Notes under the pieces: model-generated | What the model saw: the letters and a program-made list of their open reading frames with translations, nothing else | Told to the model about the DNA's origin: nothing | The model's database searches: none | Translations under genes and position numbers: made by a program | Source of the DNA: an uncultured Hyphomicrobiales bacterium | Lineage (GTDB): Bacteria; Pseudomonadota; Alphaproteobacteria; Rhizobiales; TMED25 | Direction of reading: 5' to 3' | Length of the DNA stretch: 64,000 bases | Assembly: GCA_905181735.1 (NCBI GenBank) | Contig: CAJIYR010000008.1 | Coordinates: 154,214-218,213 of the forward strand | Shown here: positions 49,784 through 59,685 of the stretch, piece by piece | How the letters are laid out: each line of letters starts with the position of its first letter | Numbering within the stretch: position 1 is the stretch's first letter

Positions 49784-51454
49784 TTAAATTAATCCAATAT
49801 TTTTACCAATTTCTAACGATGGGGTAATTGCTTTTGGTTCAACAAATACCTCTAAAAGCGAACATTTGCCAGATTTCACTGCGCGGTCAAAAGCTCCTGA
49901 GAAATCTTCAGTCTTTTTAATAGTTTCAGAATATGCTCCATATGCTTTTGCTAAAGCTGTGAAATCAGGATTTATTAAGTTGGTTCCAATGACTCGACCT
50001 GGATATGATCTCTCTTGATGCATTCGAATAGTAGCAAGCATAGAATTATTTACCACTATAAAAATAGGGTTCAATTTATATTGAATTGCTGTTGCCATCT
50101 CTTGACCTAACATCATAAAGCATCCATCTCCATTTACGCTAACAACAGTTCTCTTTGGGTACACAATTTTTGCTGCCACTGCAGCTGGTACAGCATAACC
50201 CATAGACCCCGACGTAGTTACAAGTTGTGACCCTAACCCTCTGTACTGATAATATCGATGAACCCATTGCGAGTTATTACCTGATCCAACAATCATAACA
50301 GCATCATCTTCTAATGTGTCATTTAAATAAGAAATAATCTCTGAAAAATTAACCGCTCCACTGATAGGTGAAGGTTTAATAAAATCTAAATACTCAGACC
50401 TTGCCTCTTCAACCCAATTCTTCCATGCTGGATTATCAATTTTTTGTAACTTTGAAAGTTCAAATGCAAATTCCTGCATACCACTATTAATGCCTATATT
50501 CGGAGAATACACAGAACCTATCTCATTAATACCAGGGTGCACGTGGACTAAAAATTGATCTGGGACCGGTACTTTCAATATCTTATACCCAAGCGTAGTT
50601 ACTTCTCCTAACCTTGCTCCAATCGCTAGAATAAAATCACTATCCTCAATCCTATTTCTAGTCTTTTCCTCAATAGCATAACTTGCATGACCAATATAAT
50701 TATCATTACGATTATCAAAATGATCTTGAGCTCTATAAGAAGTAATAACTGGTATTTTATTTTCATCAACAAATTTAGTAAGATTGTCTATTGCCGTTTG
50801 GTTCCATGTAGAACCTCCTACTATAATTATTGGTCTTTTCGCATTCTTTAGATTTTTATATAAATCATTAATCTTATCAACTGAAGGTGACGCTTGAATG
50901 ATACTTGCAGGACTTGCGTCGGAGCAACTAACAATATCTGTTAACATATCCTCTGGAATAGACAAAACAACAGGACCTGGTCTACCTGACTGAGAAATAT
51001 AAAAGGCCTTACTAATATACTCAGGTATTCTATCTGCATCATTAATCTCAGCAACCCATTTTGCCATAGGGGCAAACATATCTTTGTATTCTATCTCTTG
51101 TTGAGCTTCTCTATCCTTTTCGCCTCTTGAAACTTGACCAATTAACAGTATCAGTGGTGTTGAATCTTGAAAAGCTGTATGAATACCATTTGCGGCATTT
51201 GTTGCTCCAGGCCCCCTAGAAACAGCGCATATACCCGGTTTCCCCGTTAACTTAGCATAAGCATCTGCCATATTTGAAGCCCCAGCTTCATGTCTTGCTG
51301 TTATTAATTTAATCTTATCTTTATTCTTATAAAGCCCATCAAGAAGACCCAAATAACTCTCGCCCGGAACGCAAAAGACTGTATCAACACCATTAAGTAA
51401 CAGTTGATCAACTAAAACATGACCACCTATTCTCTGATTTTTATTATTATCCAT
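49784..51454 (-). CDS. thiamine-diphosphate-dependent enzyme, acetolactate-synthase-like (second paralogue)
   Basis: ARHEAGASNMADAYAK, GPGATNAANGIHTAFQDSTPLILLIGQ, and the ThDP motif NGDGCFMMLGQEMATAIQYKLNPIFIVVNNS. 556 aa. Confidence 0.88.
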   Translation of the reverse strand: MDNNKNQRIGGHVLVDQLLLNGVDTVFCVPGESYLGLLDGLYKNKDKIKLITARHEAGASNMADAYAKLTGKPGICAVSRGPGATNAANGIHTAFQDSTPLILLIGQVSRGEKDREAQQEIEYKDMFAPMAKWVAEINDADRIPEYISKAFYISQSGRPGPVVLSIPEDMLTDIVSCSDASPASIIQASPSVDKINDLYKNLKNAKRPIIIVGGSTWNQTAIDNLTKFVDENKIPVITSYRAQDHFDNRNDNYIGHASYAIEEKTRNRIEDSDFILAIGARLGEVTTLGYKILKVPVPDQFLVHVHPGINEIGSVYSPNIGINSGMQEFAFELSKLQKIDNPAWKNWVEEARSEYLDFIKPSPISGAVNFSEIISYLNDTLEDDAVMIVGSGNNSQWVHRYYQYRGLGSQLVTTSGSMGYAVPAAVAAKIVYPKRTVVSVNGDGCFMMLGQEMATAIQYKLNPIFIVVNNSMLATIRMHQERSYPGRVIGTNLINPDFTALAKAYGAYSETIKKTEDFSGAFDRAVKSGKCSLLEVFVEPKAITPSLEIGKNIGLI

Positions 51455-51478
51455 TTTTCTAAACCCCTAATATTACGA

Positions 51479-52264
51479 TTATATGCTTTTAATAAGACCT
51501 CCATCAACACGCATCATATGCCCTGTAACGTAACTTGCCCTCTCACTAACAAGAAATGCAAGAACTGAAGCAAATTCTTCTGGAGAACCAAATCTCTTCA
51601 TTGGAATTTCTTGAGCTGATTTATCAAGCATCTCTTCGTAAGAAATATTATATTTTTTAGCTTTAACTGTATTTATTACCGTAGATCGATCTGTTAGAAT
51701 TCTTCCTGGAATTATGGTATTTACAGTAATATTGTGTTGCGCAATTTCATTCGATAAAGATTTCATAAAACCGACGATAGCTGGTCTTAGGGTATTGGAA
51801 ATACTTAAATTTTCTATAGGCTGAACAACTCCAGACGAAGTGATCGTAACAACCCTTCCCCAATTTAAATCTTTCATTCTTTTTACAGCTGACTCAGTTA
51901 TTTTTATGGTACTTAGGATAATGGACTGAATATAGTTAGACCAAATATCATCACTTACATTTAACGAACTACTCGGCGGGGGACCACCGGTATTATTAAC
52001 CAATATGTCTATTTCCATTCTTTCTTCAATCAAAGAACATAGTAGAGTTAAGTCTTCAATTCTTTGTAAGTCAACTTGATAAATTTCTACTTCAACCCCT
52101 GATTTATCTCTAATTTCAGTAGCCAATAGCCCTAACTTAACTGCGTCCCTAGACGCTATTACTAGATTACAACCTTCGTCAGCTAATTTTTTTGAAATTT
52201 CTCTTCCTAAGCCGCTCGAAGCCCCCAGTACTAATGCTTTTTTTCCTTGTATACCCAAATCCAT
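51479..52264 (-). CDS. short-chain dehydrogenase/reductase
   Basis: MDLGIQGKKALVLGASSGLGREI and NNTGGPP motifs. The start is set at the ATG at 52262-52264 because the upstream part of the track ORF is a translated tRNA gene. Confidence 0.85.
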   Translation of the reverse strand: MDLGIQGKKALVLGASSGLGREISKKLADEGCNLVIASRDAVKLGLLATEIRDKSGVEVEIYQVDLQRIEDLTLLCSLIEERMEIDILVNNTGGPPPSSSLNVSDDIWSNYIQSIILSTIKITESAVKRMKDLNWGRVVTITSSGVVQPIENLSISNTLRPAIVGFMKSLSNEIAQHNITVNTIIPGRILTDRSTVINTVKAKKYNISYEEMLDKSAQEIPMKRFGSPEEFASVLAFLVSERASYVTGHMMRVDGGLIKSI

Positions 52265-52299
52265 TTTTTGACCAAAATTATAGTTATAACAAATATAAA

Positions 52300-52384
52300 T
52301 GGTGCCCCTGGCCGGACTCGAACCAGCACGCCCTAAGACAACAGATTTTGAATCTGTCGCGTCTACCAATTCCGCCACAGGGGC
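52300..52384 (-). tRNA. tRNA-Leu (CAA)
   Basis: The reverse strand reads GCCCCTG-TG-GCGGAATTGGTAGACGC-G-ACAGA-TTCAAAA-TCTGT-long variable arm-GCTGG-TTCGAGT-CCGGC-CAGGGGC-A-CCA. This is a type II tRNA with an encoded CCA. Confidence 0.93.
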
Positions 52385-52451
52385 ATAAGCAATAATACAA
52401 CTGCTTACGCAAGGTATATATTAAAGAAAATTATATTGCAAACAAGCTTTA

Positions 52452-54016
<1,565 letters not shown>

Positions 54017-54121
54017 AATATCTCCTATCTTTTATATATTTTTTATCCAATTATTAAGTTAAGCTTCATAATATTTACTTATAATACGTATGCTATGCAA
54101 CTATACCCATGCTAATTAAAT

Positions 54122-54138
54122 ATGCAGTATTCATGCCA
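54122..54138 (-). promoter_or_regulatory. sigma54 (-24/-12)-like element upstream of amt
   Basis: The minus strand reads TGGCATG-AATA-CTGCAT against the consensus TGGCACG-N4-TTGCW. The GG and GC doublets are at the exact canonical spacing. The element starts about 105 nt upstream of the amt ATG. Confidence 0.3.
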
Positions 54139-54269
54139 AAACTATATTATTGACATAAACCACTGTTTATATGAAAAAAAAATTTTGGTAGAATTTTATT
54201 GTTAAAAATTTATGTTTAACAATTAATCATATTGATGTTTTTTTAGGCAATTTTAGAAAAAAATATATA

Positions 54270-54869
54270 ATGAGAAGATATATCAAAAATAAAATATTAC
54301 AGTACTCTAATAAAAAGTTTATAGGACTTTATATAAGCATATTTTCAATAACAGAAAGCATCTTTAACCCAGTTCCAGTTGAGCTTTTACTTATACCTGC
54401 TACAGTTAAATACCCTAGAAGATTTCTAAAATTTACTTTAATAGCCGCGTTGTCATCAACTGTAGGAGCTATAATAGCGTACTTTATTGGATTTTATTTT
54501 GAAGAATCAATCGGAAAAATAATTATAGACACCTACGGTCTTAGTGGAGATTTTATTACGTTTAAAAAAAACTATGTTACCTATAGCACTTGGTTCATAT
54601 TAATAGGAGCCATTACACCCTTTCCTTTTAAAATTGTTACTATAGCAAGCGGTATAATGTCCGTAAGTATTTACAAATTTATAATCGCATGCTTTCTTGG
54701 AAGGCTGTTAAGGTATTTTATTTTAACTTGCACATTATGTTACACAAGCCCTGCTATTATAAAATATATTAAAAGTAAGAGAATATATTATAATCACAAA
54801 CGTAATATCATTGTTATGTTTACAATTATAGCTTTTATACCTATTTTATGCCTATGGATACTTATATGA
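54270..54869 (+). CDS. YqaA-family (DedA-related) membrane protein
   Basis: SITESIFNPVPVELLLIP motif, about 5 TM, 199 aa. Confidence 0.7.
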   Translation: MRRYIKNKILQYSNKKFIGLYISIFSITESIFNPVPVELLLIPATVKYPRRFLKFTLIAALSSTVGAIIAYFIGFYFEESIGKIIIDTYGLSGDFITFKKNYVTYSTWFILIGAITPFPFKIVTIASGIMSVSIYKFIIACFLGRLLRYFILTCTLCYTSPAIIKYIKSKRIYYNHKRNIIVMFTIIAFIPILCLWILI

Positions 54870-55411
54870 TTTTTAATATAATTAAAAAAAAAATTAAAAC
54901 ATCAACAGTAATACTAATTACTTGTCTCGTTGTATTGGCGTCAGCATATATATTAGAATTTTTTTTTGGCTTTGAGCCTTGTCCTTTATGTTTAAAGCAA
55001 CGGATACCTTACTTTATAGTGATAGGACTTTTATTTGTTAACTACATATTACATAGAGTAAATATAAAAAAATTTGATTTATTTTTTATATTTTTATCAT
55101 CCATAACTATGGCTTATTCATCTTATCTTGCGTTATACCACGTAGGAGTTGAGTTTAATTTTTGGGAGATAATCTCCTCTTGCTCACCTAATAAAATTAA
55201 GGTTAATCAAGAAATCATTACCAATGATTTACTAGAATCCTTGGTAAAATACAAAAATATTGACTGTTCGAAACCGCAAAAAATTCTAGGCTTATCATTA
55301 GCTACTTATAATTTTTTTATATCTATATTTATAGTTATATTATCGCTACCAATCTTATTGCATTCTAAGTATTTCCAAAAAAATAAAAAAATCCATAAAA
55401 ACTTATACTAA
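54866..55411 (+). CDS. dsbB: disulfide bond formation protein B
   Basis: CPLCLKQRIPY (CxxC) and a second Cys pair in the periplasmic loop (SSCSP...IDCSKP). The ATGA overlap with the upstream gene supports the start at 54866. Confidence 0.8.
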   Translation: MIFNIIKKKIKTSTVILITCLVVLASAYILEFFFGFEPCPLCLKQRIPYFIVIGLLFVNYILHRVNIKKFDLFFIFLSSITMAYSSYLALYHVGVEFNFWEIISSCSPNKIKVNQEIITNDLLESLVKYKNIDCSKPQKILGLSLATYNFFISIFIVILSLPILLHSKYFQKNKKIHKNLY

Positions 55412-56061
55412 GAATCCTTTGAAGTTTTAATTCTAGCATTCAAAAAACTAGCCCCTATAGAAATACAGGTACTATCAATACCATGTCCCAATCCTTGGAT
55501 GAGATGAGATTCAATATTTATATTAGCATTCTTAAAGTAGTCTACAGAAGATGCCATGTATTCCGGTGAAACAACCAAATCTTCATCACCGTGAATCATT
55601 AGGATAGATGGCAGTTTAACGTTTTCTTCAATACAAATACCCTGCAACATTAGACCTGAAAAACTAATAACCGATAATGGCTTTTTGAGCCTTGTAACCG
55701 CCAAATACAGGGCCATCATACCTCCTTGACTAAATCCAACTATCGACATATCAGAAGAGGTTAAATTTCTTATATCCAATTCATTGTCAATAAAATCATT
55801 AAGCTCTGACGCCGATGTCTCAATTTCATTGTTTATTTTATATTTATCAATACTAGGAATTTTAAACCATTGATAGCCATCTTGATTGCTATCACAGGTA
55901 TAAGGAGCTGTTGGAGCGATAAACTCAACCTCTTGGAATAAATTATTCCATTCGTCTCCAATCCCAATAATATCATCTCCATCTGCACCGTAACCATGCA
56001 GAATAAAAACTAAATGTTTTGTTTTATTTTTGTTTGTAGAATTTGTTCTTGATATTTTAAT
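55408..56061 (-). CDS. phospholipase/carboxylesterase-family alpha/beta hydrolase, apparently initiated at ATT
   Basis: The frame is open from the TAG at 56080-56082. It encodes HLVFILHGYGADG, GFSQGG (Ser), HGDEDLVV (Asp) and GLGHGI (His). There is no in-frame ATG/GTG/TTG upstream of 55779. AAAGGGGAAG lies about 5-7 nt upstream of the ATT at 56059-56061. Confidence 0.75.
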   Translation of the reverse strand: MKISRTNSTNKNKTKHLVFILHGYGADGDDIIGIGDEWNNLFQEVEFIAPTAPYTCDSNQDGYQWFKIPSIDKYKINNEIETSASELNDFIDNELDIRNLTSSDMSIVGFSQGGMMALYLAVTRLKKPLSVISFSGLMLQGICIEENVKLPSILMIHGDEDLVVSPEYMASSVDYFKNANINIESHLIQGLGHGIDSTCISIGASFLNARIKTSKDS

Positions 56062-56133
56062 CTTAACTTCCCCTTTTAGCTAAAATTCATTAGTTTATAT
56101 GATATACAAACAAACAACTAAAGCGGTAAAGAA

Positions 56134-57042
56134 ATTTTTAAAATAAAACAAAAAAAATTATGCGTAAGATTCGCTCCTAGCCCAAATGGTTTTATGCATT
56201 TAGGTCATGCTTTTTCAGCATTATTCGTAAAGAAAATTGCCGAATCATTAAATGCAAAATTTATACTAAGAATAGATAATTTAGATAAAACAAGGTCTAA
56301 GGATATATATATTAACCAGATATATGAAGATTTAAAATGGTTAGGGGTAGATTGGGAGAAACCCATTCGCTTCCAGTCGGATAATATTTCTTTATACAAG
56401 AAAGCTATAAATAAGCTACAAGACGATGAATTAATTTATAATGCAAAAACTAAAAACAAAGAACAAAAAAAATCTTCATTGAATAACAACAGAGATGACT
56501 TTGATCCCGATGGAAATCTAATATTTCTTAAAGAAATAGCTGAAAAATTTATGAAAAATAACGATGATTCAACAAAAAAAAGATTCGATACCAATCAAGC
56601 TTTAAAAAATATTAATGGTGATCTATTTTTTAGAGATCTGGGACCAAAGCATTATTTTATGAATTCAATCAAAGCAAACCCATTAAAATGGGGTAATCCA
56701 ATATTACTAAACAAAGACAATGCTGCAGGTTATAATTTAAGTGTTGTTATTGATGATTCTAATCAAAACATAACCCATGTCACGAGAGGAGAGGATCTTT
56801 ACGAAACAACACATATTCAAATATTGCTTTACCGTTTATTCGATTTAGAAATACCAAAATATTGTCACCATCCAATATTAAAGGATAAAAATGGTAAAAA
56901 ATTAAGCAAGTCTAAAAATTCTATTAGCTTAAAGCAATTAAAATCTGAAGGAACAAGTGTTTCTGATATTATTCGCCTAACAAAAATTGATAAATACAAT
57001 GATTATTTTGAAAAATTAAATAAAAACATTATATCTATATAG
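56134..57042 (+). CDS. gluQ: glutamyl-Q tRNA(Asp) synthetase (truncated GluRS paralogue); start codon unresolved
   Basis: VRFAPSPNGFMHLGHA (HIGH region) and KLSKS, about 295 aa, no anticodon-binding domain. The conserved RFAPSP lies upstream of the first in-frame ATG (56194). The only in-frame candidates upstream are ATT 56134 and ATA 56143. Confidence 0.7.
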   Translation: MFKIKQKKLCVRFAPSPNGFMHLGHAFSALFVKKIAESLNAKFILRIDNLDKTRSKDIYINQIYEDLKWLGVDWEKPIRFQSDNISLYKKAINKLQDDELIYNAKTKNKEQKKSSLNNNRDDFDPDGNLIFLKEIAEKFMKNNDDSTKKRFDTNQALKNINGDLFFRDLGPKHYFMNSIKANPLKWGNPILLNKDNAAGYNLSVVIDDSNQNITHVTRGEDLYETTHIQILLYRLFDLEIPKYCHHPILKDKNGKKLSKSKNSISLKQLKSEGTSVSDIIRLTKIDKYNDYFEKLNKNIISI

Positions 57043-57087
57043 AATTCATACAAAATAAATAATATTACATACAAATTGAAAGTTCAA

Positions 57088-57276
57088 ATGGATACATTAT
57101 TAAATATATTACTACCATTATCAATTGGATCAGTTTTCCTAGTTCTGGTCTTAGGAATATTCAACATGATAAGAAAAGGTAGCTCGCATAAATCGCAGAA
57201 TCTAATGAGATTAAGAGTAATTACTCAATTCATTGCTATCATTGTAGTTATCATATATTTTTATTATAAAAAATAA
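57088..57276 (+). CDS. HIG1-domain / twin-transmembrane-helix small protein
   Basis: Two TM helices separated by RKGSSHKSQNLMRLRVITQF. This is a common small alphaproteobacterial protein. Confidence 0.65.
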   Translation: MDTLLNILLPLSIGSVFLVLVLGIFNMIRKGSSHKSQNLMRLRVITQFIAIIVVIIYFYYKK

Positions 57277-57297
57277 TATTAAGAAAGGAGTACAGCT

Positions 57298-57885
57298 ATC
57301 GTTAGGCTAAATAAAATATACACTCGTACTGGGGACGATGGAACAACATCTCTAGGAAGTGGAGATAGACAACGCAAGGATTCTCCTAGGATAAGCGCAT
57401 ATGGTAGCGTCGATGAAACAAATTCATTTATAGGAACATCAAGGCAATATCTTATAATAAAAGAACTCAAAGAACTTGATTCTATCTTATTTCGCGTTCA
57501 AAATGATTTATTTGATTTAGGTGCCGATTTATGTGTTCCAGAAAACAATGAACAGGAAAGTAAAAATTACTTAAGAATAAATAACGAACAAGTAATTAGA
57601 CTAGAAAAAGAAATTGATTTATTGAATGCAGAATTACTTCCCCTCAAATCATTCATATTACCTGGTGGGTCCAAAGCTTCTTCCTATCTACATATAGCTA
57701 GAACTGTTTCAAGAAGAGCCGAAAGAGAGATGATTACCGTAAATCAGGTAGAAATTAAAAAAATCGGATCACCTGCGCTTAAATACATCAACAGATTATC
57801 AGATTTACTTTTTGTTGCAAGTCGATATGCAAATTTAAAATTAAATAAGGATGATATTTTATGGGTCCCTGGAGCTAATAGATAA
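57298..57885 (+). CDS. PduO-type ATP:cob(I)alamin adenosyltransferase-family protein, apparently initiated at ATC
   Basis: The frame is open from the TAA at 57280-57282. (I)VRLNKIYTRTGDDGTTSLGSG...YGSVDETNSFIG...FILPGGS matches the family N-terminus residue for residue. There is no ATG/GTG/TTG before 57622. AAGAAAGGAG lies 7 nt upstream of the ATC at 57298. Confidence 0.8.
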   Translation: MVRLNKIYTRTGDDGTTSLGSGDRQRKDSPRISAYGSVDETNSFIGTSRQYLIIKELKELDSILFRVQNDLFDLGADLCVPENNEQESKNYLRINNEQVIRLEKEIDLLNAELLPLKSFILPGGSKASSYLHIARTVSRRAEREMITVNQVEIKKIGSPALKYINRLSDLLFVASRYANLKLNKDDILWVPGANR

Positions 57886-57970
57886 GGCAGATTATCGGAT
57901 ATAAATAAATATATTTTATAATTAACAATCTTTTGGTATAAATAATAAAAATATAAATGGAGATTTTTTA

Positions 57971-58720
57971 ATGAAAGTTCTTGTGCCTGTTAAAAGAGTT
58001 GTAGATTACAATGTAAAAATCAAAGTTGACTCACAAAGTCAAGATATAGATTTAACAAATATTAAAATGTCTATGAATCCTTTTGATGAAATTGCTGTTG
58101 AAGAAGCTATTAGATTAAAAGAATCCGGTCAAGTCGAAGAAACTATTGCCCTATCTATAGGTCCATCTCAATGTCAAGAGACTATTAGAAATGCCCTTGC
58201 AATGGGCATGGATAGAGGCATACATATAGAGACAGAACATTCACCTGAACCTCTGATAGTAGCAAAATTAATTAATGAAATTGTTAAAAAAGAAGAAGCT
58301 GACATTATAATACTTGGTAAACAAGCTATAGATGACGATTGCAGTCAAACTGGACAAATGCTATCAGCGTTAATGAACTGTTCTCTGGCAACATTTGCAT
58401 CAAAGATTACTTTCGAAGATGATCAAGTAATAGTTACAAGAGAGATCGATGGAGGATTACAGACGATCAAACTACAAAAACCAACCGTTATAACAACAGA
58501 TCTAAGGTTAAATGAACCAAGATATGCGTCTTTACCAAATATAATGAGAGCAAAGAAAAAAATAATTGATAAATACTTACCTGATGATCTTAATATTGAT
58601 ATGACACCAAAACTCGATGTCATAAAAATTGAGGAACCTCCAAAAAGACAAGGCGGCGGAAAAGTTGAGACTATTAAAGAGTTAGTTGAAAAATTAAAAA
58701 ATGAAGCAGGAGTTATATAA
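57971..58720 (+). CDS. etfB: electron transfer flavoprotein beta subunit
   Basis: MKVLVPVKRVVDY and ILGKQAIDDDCSQTGQM motifs. 249 aa. Confidence 0.93.
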   Translation: MKVLVPVKRVVDYNVKIKVDSQSQDIDLTNIKMSMNPFDEIAVEEAIRLKESGQVEETIALSIGPSQCQETIRNALAMGMDRGIHIETEHSPEPLIVAKLINEIVKKEEADIIILGKQAIDDDCSQTGQMLSALMNCSLATFASKITFEDDQVIVTREIDGGLQTIKLQKPTVITTDLRLNEPRYASLPNIMRAKKKIIDKYLPDDLNIDMTPKLDVIKIEEPPKRQGGGKVETIKELVEKLKNEAGVI

Positions 58721-59658
58721 TGGCAACATTAATATTAGCAGAACACGATAATATCAAGTTAAAAGAATCAACGAATAAGGCAGTTACTGCAGCTAATTTA
58801 ATTGGCGACACTATTGATATTTTAGTCGTTGGAAATGATTGTATGAGCGTGGCTACTCAGGCATCTAAAGTAACTCACGCCTCTAAAGTAATAATTGTAG
58901 AGGAATCTTATTATCAGAATATGCTAGCAGAACCAGTTTCAGATCTAATTGTTAGTCTAATGAAAGATTACAAAACATTAATGTCACCTGCAACAACTAA
59001 TGGGAAGAATATTCTACCAAGAGTTGCAGCTACACTTGATGTTTCGCAAATTTCTGAGATTACAGCAGTGATCGATAAAAATACATTCGAAAGACCTATC
59101 TATGCAGGAAATGCAATTGCAACAATAAGAACTACCACTGAAAAAAATGTTATAACCGTAAGAACAACTGCCTTTGATGCTGCAACTAACGAAAACAATA
59201 CAGAAATTGAGATTCTTAATGCAACAGCTAACCCATGTTTATCTGAATTTATTGAAGAGAAGATATCTGGAAGTGAAAGGCCCGAGCTTACGTCAGCTAA
59301 AATAATTATATCAGGCGGAAGAGGAATGCAATCTGGTGACAACTTTTCCATGTTAGATAAAATAGCAGACAAATTAGGGGCTGCCGTCGGGGCAAGTAGA
59401 GCAGCTGTTGACGCTGGGTTTGTTCCAAACGAATACCAAGTTGGACAAACTGGAAAAGTTGTAGCACCAGATCTTTATATTGCAGTTGGTATTTCAGGCG
59501 CAATACAACATTTAGCTGGAATGAAGGATTCTAAGGTAATCGTTGCAATCAACAAAGATGAGGAAGCGCCAATATTTGAAGTTGCAGATTATGGGTTGGT
59601 TGCAGATTTATTCGATGCAATCCCTGAACTAGAAGATGGATTAAATAACATAAAATAG
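58720..59658 (+). CDS. etfA: electron transfer flavoprotein alpha subunit
   Basis: [44 protein letters not shown]-binding region. 312 aa. Confidence 0.93.
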   Translation: MATLILAEHDNIKLKESTNKAVTAANLIGDTIDILVVGNDCMSVATQASKVTHASKVIIVEESYYQNMLAEPVSDLIVSLMKDYKTLMSPATTNGKNILPRVAATLDVSQISEITAVIDKNTFERPIYAGNAIATIRTTTEKNVITVRTTAFDAATNENNTEIEILNATANPCLSEFIEEKISGSERPELTSAKIIISGGRGMQSGDNFSMLDKIADKLGAAVGASRAAVDAGFVPNEYQVGQTGKVVAPDLYIAVGISGAIQHLAGMKDSKVIVAINKDEEAPIFEVADYGLVADLFDAIPELEDGLNNIK

Positions 59659-59685
59659 ATTTATCCAAAACTCTGAAGGTAAATA

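Noticed and set aside
52265-52378. N-terminal extension of track ORF 51479..52378 (MAELVDATDSKSVVLGRAGSSPARGT...).
   Set aside because: This peptide is the in-frame translation of the tRNA-Leu(CAA) gene at 52300-52384, a classic artefact. The SDR starts at MDLGIQGKK (52264).
56160-56180. The ATG at 56160 as the gluQ start codon.
   Set aside because: It is out of frame with the HIGH/KMSKS frame and terminates at TAG after 6 codons. The conserved R-F-A-P-S-P is read in the other frame, starting before this point.
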